Below are positions 9,907 through 19,867 of a DNA stretch of 40,654 nucleotides, piece by piece; position 1 is the stretch's first letter; the number at the start of each line of letters is the position of its first letter. The notes beneath the pieces were generated by a model that was not told where the DNA came from, did no database searches, and saw only the letters and a list, made by a program, of their open reading frames with translations. Made by a program: the position numbers and the translations under genes. This DNA comes from Nemertoderma westbladi (Eukaryota > Animalia > Xenacoelomorpha): contig JAUCBJ010008431.1 in assembly GCA_032718475.1 (NCBI GenBank), positions 1 through 40,654 on the forward strand. Direction: 5' to 3'.

Positions 9907-11403
9907 ATGGAGACGGCGGAGGTCACCGATGCTGTAAACAACCAGAAAACACGAAAGGCCGCCGGCTCCGACGGGATCACTAGCGAAGCGCTGAAATCAG
10001 GTATCGGCATTCTTCTCCCGTTTATTTTAAACATATTTACCATTTGTTTCACCTATGCAACCTGCCCCACTGCATGGCTAATCTCATATGTTATACCTCT
10101 ATACAAGGGCAAAGGATCAAAAGCATCAGCAGATTCATACAGAGGAATAGCGTTATTATCATGTCTACTAAAGACATATACCGCCATTATATTTAAGCGG
10201 TTATACACGTGGTCAGAACTCAATAATAAACTACCTGATTCCCAATTCGGCTTCCGTGTTGGCAGGTCAACGTTAATGGCTATAAAACACATATACTTAT
10301 ACATCGACGCGGCTTTATCGTCACCTGGTCCTGGTGGTCATATATACTGCGTTTTTATAGACTTTTCAAAGGCCTTCGACACCGTAAACCGTGAGCGACT
10401 TTGCACAAAGTTGTCCGACATTGGAGTTAGTCGAACATTTATCTGCGCTCTATGGGCTCTGATAGCAACTAACTACATTCGAATCTGCATTGGACTGTTC
10501 GTTACAGACCCGATATGCCAAATGGTCGGCGTTATACAGGGAGACAAACTGTCTCCATTACTTTTCAGCCTGTTTATTGCCGATTTGCCCTCTGTAATAG
10601 CCGGAATCGGTGTATTTATAATATTATACGCCGACGATGTAGCAATTTACGGCGAATCTATAGAAAGTGTTCAACTCGCCCTAAATAACCTAGAAAAGTA
10701 CTGCGACTTAAACGGCCTTACAGTCAATTTGGCAAAAACAAAAGTTATTAAATTTCGCCGGGGTGGGAGACTATCAGCTAATGACATACTTATATATAAA
10801 GGTCAGCAATTGGAATTTGTGAACAAGTTCAATTACCTTGGCGTCGTACTGACTACGAAAAATTCGCCAGCTGGTCATTACACTCATTTACACAAGCGGG
10901 GCATTGCCTCCTGTATCCGGTTAGCATCAACAGTCAATATGAGTTCCGTTTCCATAGCAACCGCTCAAAAACTCTGGGTCCTTGTGGTCTTTCCGGCCAC
11001 CACATACGGTTGCTCGACTTTCCACGATTTCTCCAGAGCGCAGCTTTTGCAGCTCCCCCACGTGATCAAAGTCCGCGGATTCTGCTATAAACTTTGGTGC
11101 GGTCTAAGTAAATTCGCGTCAACAACCAATATACTTGAGGCGGTTGACAATGGAGACAACTCCAGTATCAACCTCAAATATTTATCGGGCCAGCGGCGGA
11201 GGGTGGGAGCGCAGTTCCTTTCCAACGGCTTCCATCACAAACTCTTCAGCTCAACAAGATGCTGGCGGCCCACCCCTGCATGTATTTGCCGCCTATGCAG
11301 CGGTCAGGCGTCCACTGCCGCCCATGCGATGGGCTGCAATGGGCTGACCAACGTGGCTCGCCCCACAACCCTCAGCCTCGCATTCCACCTTCAGCAAATA
11401 TAA
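9907..11403 (+). CDS. Reverse transcriptase plus C-terminal Cys/His motif, 498 aa, no endonuclease
   Basis: KAAGSDGI, YRGIALLS, QFGFR, FIDFSKAFD, QGDKLSPLLF, YADD, KTKVIKFRRGG, YLG; C-terminal CICRLC...H...C. The ATG is assembled from two TSD bases and one element base. Confidence 0.9.
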   Translation: METAEVTDAVNNQKTRKAAGSDGITSEALKSGIGILLPFILNIFTICFTYATCPTAWLISYVIPLYKGKGSKASADSYRGIALLSCLLKTYTAIIFKRLYTWSELNNKLPDSQFGFRVGRSTLMAIKHIYLYIDAALSSPGPGGHIYCVFIDFSKAFDTVNRERLCTKLSDIGVSRTFICALWALIATNYIRICIGLFVTDPICQMVGVIQGDKLSPLLFSLFIADLPSVIAGIGVFIILYADDVAIYGESIESVQLALNNLEKYCDLNGLTVNLAKTKVIKFRRGGRLSANDILIYKGQQLEFVNKFNYLGVVLTTKNSPAGHYTHLHKRGIASCIRLASTVNMSSVSIATAQKLWVLVVFPATTYGCSTFHDFSRAQLLQLPHVIKVRGFCYKLWCGLSKFASTTNILEAVDNGDNSSINLKYLSGQRRRVGAQFLSNGFHHKLFSSTRCWRPTPACICRLCSGQASTAAHAMGCNGLTNVARPTTLSLAFHLQQI

Positions 11404-11575
11404 ATATTACAATACCCGATTTCATTTAAATAATAACCCCCTAATATGTGGCTGTGTAATTAATATTTATATCTATTTTATTTACTTTTACTATAATGTG
11501 CTTCCTATTACTGTATTAATTTTTATAAACTACTTATTTTTACTTATCCGTTGGATAAATTAAATGCCTTTATAT
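9909..11575 (+). mobile_element. 5'-truncated non-LTR retrotransposon (RTE-X-like) with 13-bp TSD
   Basis: cataatatggaat at 9896-9908 and 11576-11588 flanks an uninterrupted RT ORF and a short AT-rich 3' UTR. Clade call is tentative. Confidence 0.85.
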
Positions 11576-12059
11576 CATAATATGGAATTGTAGATATTGC
11601 AAGACCAACAACCGCTGTAGCTTTCGCTAGTAGGATGTTTATGGCCCCTAAAAGGTGAATAGAATTAACAATGAATTATACTGTAGAAAAGCCACTGATG
11701 CCACAGATATATACTGCCACCCTTCCCTTCCTTTCCCATCCCACCCCCCCCCCCCCCCCCCCCCTTCCCTTTCCCCGCGGAATCTGTGTGTGATTATAAA
11801 TTTCGTAAATATTCTTTTTTTTCTTTATTATTTGGGTTCTGTCGATATTGATATCAAATTTGTAATTATTTTGCAGTACTCCCGGGGGGGTGGGTTTGGG
11901 GGGGGGGGGGGGGGGGGGGGGGGTGGCGATTTGATTTACTTTGATTTTAAAATTGACAATACTACTATCATTATTACTATAGAGTACTGGTACTATAGAG
12001 TATAGGGTTTTAATTTAAACCGAACAAATACAGGTTCTATTAGCACCCAAGTATATACC

Positions 12060-13226
12060 GGTACTACTAGAGAGGTCTTTAAAATACCTGAGTGTTTATA
12101 GCTAATCTATCCCATCATAGTAGACATGTACCACACAACAAGAGTCCCACAAGAAATGAAAACAAATAAGTTGGTGCCAGTTCCCAAGAAGGGCAACCTA
12201 ACACTCTATGGTTCTTTTCGGGGAATCTCATTGATCTCGATTGCTGCAAAGCTATACAATAGAATTCTATTAAATCGTATCAGGGATCCCATTGAGAGAC
12301 TGCTCCGTGGAAATCAGAATGTGTTCCGTAAAGGTCGTGGAACCATGGAGCCCATATTGGCACTTAGAAGGATAATTGAAGAGTTATCAAAAAAGAAAGA
12401 CATGCATATCTGGCTGTTATCTTTGTTGACTTCTTCAAGGCCTTTGATTCAGTCTCTCACTCACGTATGTTCAGCATACTTTCATTATATGGGATTCCTG
12501 ATGAAATTATTGCAGCAATCAGATCAGTATACGGTGGTTCGACAACATTTGTGTCTACTGTTGACGGTGAGAGAGAACCATTTGAATTGTTATGGGGCGT
12601 CCTCCAGGGAGACACACTTGCACCATTCTTGTTCATAATTGTGGTTGACTACTGTATGTTCTACGCATGTCCTTAGATCATCATAATGATTATGGGGTGA
12701 TGATAACTCCACCTACTGGCTCCAGAAGTTGAGGAAATCCTGCCAAGTACCTAACTGATCTAGACTTTGATGATGACTTAGGAGTACTCTCAGAATCACT
12801 AGGGAGCCCAACGGCTCCTCAGCTCATTAGAACATGTTGCTTCTAGTGTTGGTCTTTTTATTAACTCCAGAAAGACCAAAATTTTGACAATTAACTTTGA
12901 AAGTCCTCAGCAAGTCTCTGATCGGATGAGCATGAGCATAAGCTCAAAGGATGGTATGCTTGAGCATGTGGACGACTTCTGTTGCCTGGGATCATGGATC
13001 CGGAAGTCAGGTGAGGACCTTCGAATACGTAAGGGGAAAGCATGGGCAGTCTTGAATTGGCTTTCCAGGATTTGGAAGTCACAGAGAATTAATCGGAAAC
13101 TTAACGTCCGATTATTTAGAGCAGCAGTAGTTCCAGTACTCCTCTACGGGAGTCCATGCTGGGCTCTAACTGCTGATGACACCAAATCTCTGAATGGCAC
13201 ATTCACAAGAATGCTACGCCGGGTTC
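12060..13226 (+). pseudogene. Decayed RTE-clade RT (stops and frameshifts)
   Basis: Across three ORF pieces: PVPKKGNL, FRGISL, KLYNRILLNRI, GVLQGDTLAPFLF, LGSWI, LLYG..W.LT, TRMLR; collinear with the intact RTE ORF at 19968-23003. Confidence 0.9.
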
Positions 13227-13236
13227 ATTATTATTC

Positions 13237-13460
13237 ATATTATCAAAATACTAAGGTATAAATTTTGTGACGTAAATCGCTATAATTCTAATGTTTTTTT
13301 ACTCAATTCTAGAATATTAATTATAGGTAATGAAATAAAAAGATGTAGAGTTTTAAACGCTCAGCTAAATAATAATTAATATTCTAGAATAAAGACAACA
13401 AAACATCAGAATTATAGCGATTTACGTCTCTAAATTTACACATTAGTATTTTGATAATAT
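13237..13460. mobile_element. Foldback/MITE-like element with about 85-bp imperfect inverted arms
   Basis: atattatcaaaatactaa...gacgtaaatcgctataattct...ttctagaatattaattat is mirrored by ataattaatattctagaa...agaattatagcgatttacgtc...ttagtattttgataatat. Confidence 0.75.
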
Positions 13461-13813
13461 CTTTACCAATTTTTGGTTAAACGGTTTTTTAAAACGGTTT
13501 TAAGATTCGGAATCTACAGACGAAGGAGGTTCTAATGATATCTAGATTACATTTCAAAGATGTAAAATAAAGTCTACGGAGGTGGGTTAAACATTGCTAA
13601 ATAGAGATTTTTTAAGGACTTGTTGTATGGAACTAACTGAGAAATTGAAAAATCCGACAAGGCCACCTGTAAGAAAAGGTGTCGGTCTATCATCATACCG
13701 CATTTCGTAGCATTTTATTGAGATTTGAAGAAAAATTGGGGGGGGAGGGGGTCCGACCCCCTAAAAATCCGGTTTTTAACACCGGTTTTTTGGTGTTCGC
13801 AATTAGATGGAAT

Positions 13814-16800
13814 TAAATTCCCCATTTGATCAGTTTATATCACAAAATAATTTTCTTCCATCGCAAATAAATTCCCCATTTGGTCAGTTTATATCACAAA
13901 ATAATTTTCTTCCATCACAAATAATTTCCCCATCTGTCAGTTTATATCACAAAATAATTTTCTTCTATTGCAAATAAATTCCCCATTTGCTCAGTTATAT
14001 CGCAAAATAATTTTCTTCCATCACAAATAAATTCCCCATTTGGTCAGTTTATATCACAAAATAATTTTCTTCCATCACAAATAAATTCACCATTTGGTCA
14101 GTTTATATCACAAAATAATTTTCTTCCATCACAAATAAATTCCCCATTTGGTCAGTTTATATCACAAAATAATTTTCTTCCATCACAAATAAATTCCCCA
14201 TTTGGTCAGTTTATATCACAAAATAATTTTCTTCCATCACAAATAAATTCCCCATTTGCTCAGTTATATCACAAAATAATTTTCTTCCATCACAAATAAA
14301 TTCCCCATTTGGTCAGTTTATACAATATCACAAAATAATTTTCTTCCATCACAAATAAATTCACCATTTGGTCAGTTTATACACCCCTATCACAAAATAA
14401 TTTTCTTCCATCACAAATAAATTCCCCATTTGGTCAGTTTATATCACAAAATAATTTTCTTCCATCACAAATAAATTCACCATTTGGTCAGTTTAAATCA
14501 CAAAATAATTTTCTTCCATCACAAATAAATTCCCCATTTGGTCAGTTTATATCACAAAATAATTTTCTTCCATCACAAATAAATTCCCCATTTGGTCAGT
14601 ATATATCACAAAATAATTTTCTTCTATTGCAAATAAATTCCCCATTTGCTCAGTTATATTGCAAAATAATTTTCTTCCATCACAAATAAATTCCCCATTT
14701 GGTCAGTTTATATCACAAAATAATTTTCTTCCATCGCAAATAAATTCCCCATTTGGTCAGTTTATATCACAAAATAATTTTCTTCCATCACAAATAATTT
14801 CCCCATCTGTCAGTTTATATCACAAAATAATTTTCTTCTATTGCAAATAAATTCCCCATTTGCTCAGTTATATCACAAAATAATTTTCTTCCATCACAAA
14901 TAAATTCCCAATTTGGTCAGTTTATATCACAAAATAATTTTCTTCCATCACAAATAAATTCCCCATTTGGTCAGTTTATATCACAAAATAATTTTCTTCC
15001 ATCACAAATAAATTCCCCATTTGGTCAGTTTATATCACAAAATAATTTTCTTCCATCACAAATAAATTCCCCATTTGGTCAGTTTATATCACAAAATAAT
15101 TTTCTTCCATCACAAATAAATTCCCCATTTGGTCAGTTTATATCACAAAATAATTTTTTTCTATCACAAATAAATTCCCCATTTGGTCAGTTTATATCAC
15201 AAAATAATTTTCTTCCATCACAAATATATTCCCCATTTGGTCAGTTTATATCACAAAATAATTTTCTTCCATCACAAATAAATTCCCCATCTGTCAGTTT
15301 ATATCACAAAATAATTTTCTTCTATTGCAAATAAATTCCCCATTTGCTCAGTTTATATCACAAAATAATTTTCTTCCATCACAAATAAATTCCCCATTTG
15401 GTCAGTTTATATCACAAAATAATTTTCTTCCATTACAAATAAATTCCCCATTTGGTCAGTTTATATCACAAAATAATTTTCTTCCATCACAAATAAATTC
15501 AGCATTTGGTCAGTTTATATCACAAAATAATTTTCTTCCATCACAAATAAATTCCCCATTGGTCAGTTTATATCACAAAATAATTTTCTTCCATCACAAA
15601 TAAATTCCCCATTTGGTCAGTTTATATCACAAAATAATTTTCTTCCATCACAAATAAATTCAGCATTTGGTCAGTTTATATCACAAAATAATTTTCTTCC
15701 ATCACAAATAAATTCAGCATTTGGTCAGTTTATATCACAAAATAATTTTCTTCCATCACAAATAAATTCCCCATTGGTCAGTTTATATCACAAAATAATT
15801 TTCTTCCATCACAAATAAATTCCCCATTTGGTCAGTTTATATCACAAAATAATTTTCTTCCATCACAAATAAATTCCCAATTTGGTCAGTTTATATCACA
15901 AAATAATTTTCTTCCATCACAAATAAATTCCCCATTTGGTCAGTTTATATCACAAAATAATTTTCTTCCATCACAAATAAATTCCCCATTTGGTCAGTTT
16001 ATATCACAAAATAATTTTCTTCCATCACAAATAAATTCCCCATTTGGTCAGTTTATATCACAAAATAATTTTCTTCCATCACAAATAAATTCCCCATTTG
16101 GTCAGTTTATATCACAAAATAATTTTTTTCCATCACAAATAAATTCCCCATTTGGTCAGTTTATATCACAAAATAATTTTCTTCCATCACAAATATATTC
16201 CCCATTTGGTCAGTTTATATCACAAAATAATTTTCTTCCATCACAAATAAATTCCCCATCTGTCAGTTTATATCACAAAATAATTTTCTTCTATTGCAAA
16301 TAAATTCCCCATTTGCTCAGTTTATATCACAAAATAATTTTCTTCCATCACAAATAAATTCCCCATTTGGTCAGTTTATATCACAAAATAATTTTCTTCC
16401 ATTACAAATAAATTCCCCATTTGGTCAGTTTATATCACAAAATAATTTTCTTCCATCACAAATAAATTCAGCATTTGGTCAGTTTATATCACAAAATAAT
16501 TTTCTTCCATCACAAATAAATTCCCCATTGGTCAGTTTATATCACAAAATAATTTTCTTCCATCACAAATAAATTCCCCATTTGGTCAGTTTATATCACA
16601 AAATAATTTTCTTCCATCACAAATAAATTCAGCATTTGGTCAGTTTATATCACAAAATAATTTTCTTCCATCACAAATAAATTCAGCATTTGGTCAGTTT
16701 ATATCACAAAATAATTTTCTTCCATCACAAATAAATTCCCCATTGGTCAGTTTATATCACAAAATAATTTTCTTCCATCACAAATAAATTCCCCATTTGG

Positions 16801-17470
16801 TCAGTTTATATCACAAAATAATTTTCTTCCATCACAAATAAATTCCCCATTTGCTCAGTTATATCACAAAATAATTTTCTTCCATCACAAATAAATTCCC
16901 CATTTGGTCAGTTTATACAATATCACAAAATAATTTTCTTCCATCACAAATAAATTCACCATTTCGTCAGTTTATACACCCCTATCACAAAATAATTTTC
17001 TTCCATCACAAATAAATTCCCCATTTGGTCAGTTTATATCACAAAATAATTTTCTTCCATCACAAATAAATTCCCCATTTGGTCAGTTTATATCACAAAA
17101 TAATTTTCTTCCATCACAAATAAATTCCCCATTTGGTCAGTTTATATCACAAAATAATTTTCTTCCATCACAAATAAATTCCCCATTTGCTCAGTTATAT
17201 CACAAAATAATTTTCTTCCATCACAAATAAATTCCCCATTTGGTCAGTTTATACAATATCACAAAATAATTTTCTTCCATCACAAATAAATTCACCATTT
17301 GGTCAGTTTATACACCCCTATCACAAAATAATTTTCTTCCATCACAAATAAATTCCCCATTTGGTCAGTTTATATCACAAAATAATTTTCTTCCATCACA
17401 AATAAATTCACCATTTGGTCAGTTTAAATCACAAAATAATTTTCTTCCATCACAAATAAATTCCCCATTT
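13814..17470. repeat. 54-bp satellite array, block 1
   Basis: Unit caaataaattccccatttggtcagtttatatcacaaaataattttcttccatca, head-to-tail, with few recurrent variants. Confidence 0.98.
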
Positions 17471-17958
17471 GTGGCGGCCACCCTAGAAACGTACCTTAAC
17501 GTAGAGAACATAGTTCTGAGATAAACGCATTTAAAGTTTTTACCTTGAAAATTTTGTTAAATTTTTTAAATTTTTTAAAATTTTTTAGCAGCTGATTCTA
17601 CATTCGCGATTTCAGCCAAATTCGGACAATTTCAGCCAATTTCAGCCAAAATATGACTCACCCCCAGATGGCTGACTGATGTCCGAAGTCCAATTTTTCG
17701 TCCAAATATATGCCAATTTGAGCTAAAATCGGCCAATTTGAGTCAAAATGAGCCAAATGAAAATTTTCAACTTTTTGACAAAAATGTCAAAAATTATTCG
17801 AAAAGTGTTTTAGAAAAACGGCCATATCTCACAAACCAAACAAGATCTCGCTTAGCCGTTTTCATTTTCGAATTCTACGGAAAATTCTGCATCGAATGAA
17901 GCAATAAAACAAAAATTGACATTCCTACGCTAAGGTCCGTTTCTAGGGTGGCCGCCAC
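17471..17958. mobile_element. 488-bp non-autonomous TIR element (MITE), 4-bp TSD ATTT, Sola1-like by TSD
   Basis: TIR gtggcggccaccctagaaacg is perfect for 21 bp and extends to about 34 bp with 2 mismatches; attt at 17467-17470 and 17959-17962. Superfamily tentative. Confidence 0.9.
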
Positions 17959-18484
17959 ATTTGGTCAGTTTATATCACAAAATAATTTTCTTCCATCACA
18001 AATAAATTCCCCATTTGGTCAGTATACATCACAAAATAATTTTCTTCTATTGCAAATAATTTCCCCATTTGCTCAGTTATATCGCAAAATAATTTTCTTC
18101 CATCACAAATAAATTCCCCATTTGGTCAGTTTATATCACAAAATAATTTTCTTCCATCGCAAATAAATTCCCCATTTGGTCAGTTTATATCACAAAATAA
18201 TTTTCTTCCATCACAAATAATTTCCCCATCTGTCAGTTTATATCACAAAATAATTTTCTTCTATTGCAAATAAATTCCCCATTTGCTCAGTTATATCACA
18301 AAATAATTTTCTTCCATCACAAATAAATTCCCAATTTGGTCAGTTTATATCACAAAATAATTTTCTTCCATCACAAATAAATTCCCCATTTGGTCAGTTT
18401 ATATCACAAAATAATTTTCTTCCATCACAAATAAATTCCCCATTTGGTCAGTTTATATCACAAAATAATTTTCTTCCATCACAA
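17959..18484. repeat. 54-bp satellite array, block 2
   Basis: Same unit, resuming in register after the MITE. Confidence 0.98.
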
Positions 18485-19080
18485 CCCTGCAAACCACCAA
18501 CGTTAATCTAACGTTGGGTTTATGTTAGACATTCGTTAAAAAATGACAGTTAAAATTTAACCATAAACCTACGTTAAAATACGTTAGATTTCTGTCAATT
18601 TTTAACGTTAATTTTTTACAGTAATTATACGTCAAAAATATACAAATATCCGACAATACCATATTTTTTAACGATACTTTAACGTTAATTTTTAACGTTA
18701 ATTTTTTACAGTAATTATACGTTAAAAATCAACAGAGATCAGACATTTCCAAATTTTTTAACGTTGATTTAACGTTAATTTTTAACGTTTATTATTCATC
18801 AATGGATAACACTATGTCTAGCTGACCATCCGCTGACTTTGTTCATTTCTTATTTTGTTAAATTTTTATGATACTTGTGTAATTTTTTAAATATAATTTT
18901 TAAATATTTTCCTTACTAGTCAGCATCTGTGTACCAGTACCAAGCGTACAGTATAAAAGTACAGTAAGTAAGCGTACAGTAGAAAAAGGGGGGAAAGAAG
19001 GATCTAGAAGATGCTAGTGGGGCTGAAGCCGATAGCGAAGATGAATGAATATTATATATCGATAAAAACTTGGCCCTAAT

Positions 19081-19451
19081 TACGTTACGGATAACTTTAT
19101 GAAACTGGATGTACGTTTCGGTTAACTTTATGAAAGTGGATGTACGTTTCGGTTAACTTTATGAAAGTGGATGTACGTTTCGGTTAACTTTATGAAACTG
19201 GATGTACGTTTCGGTTAACTTTATGAAACTGGATGTACGTTTCGGTTAACTTTATAAAACTGGAAGTACGTTGCGGTTAACTTTATGAAAGTGGATGTAC
19301 GTTTCGGTTAACTTTCTGAAACTAGATGTACGTTTCGGTTAACTTTATGAAACTGGATGTACGTTTCGGTTAACTTTATGAAACTGGATGTACGTTTCGG
19401 TTAACTTTATAAAACTGGATGTACGTCTCGGTTAACTTTATGAAACGGATG
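19081..19451. repeat. 31-bp minisatellite, about 12 copies
   Basis: Unit gtacgtttcggttaactttatgaaactggat; gtacgt at 19111, 19142, 19173, 19204 and onward. Confidence 0.95.
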
Positions 19452-19867
19452 AGTCGGTAGCAACCCAGAGGTCTCTGAACTATAGATCTAAGCCTCCCAT
19501 TGATAAATAAAAATTCCACAATTTTCTAATTCCGAATTACAAAAATTCCACATTTCTAAAGCCTACTTTATAGTGTTATAGAAATTAAATTCAGAATTTC
19601 ATACAAGAAAAAATCATACATAATTATTGATTTTTTCATTGATCAATTACACGAGATTATATTTAACACTTGAATTTGTTCAAATTTACATTTCACTGTA
19701 TGTAACTGGCAATTTGAAAATCTATCGTAATGTGATAATAACGTGTATTATTAATATTATATCTAATACATAATTAAAATATATACATAATTATTATATG
19801 TAATATTGATTAATCATTAGTAATGTGTTAATTTTGAGTTAATACAATATAATTTTGTCAATATTAA

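Noticed and set aside
8049-12070. Helitron boundaries (A|TC at 8049-8051, CTAG at 12067-12070) around the GST block
   Set aside because: CTAG is followed by A rather than T, no GC-rich subterminal hairpin, and the CTAG falls within apparent RTE coding sequence.
18960-19050. Purine-rich acidic peptide (DLEDASGAEADSEDE*) as a transposase remnant
   Set aside because: Too short and low in complexity to support.
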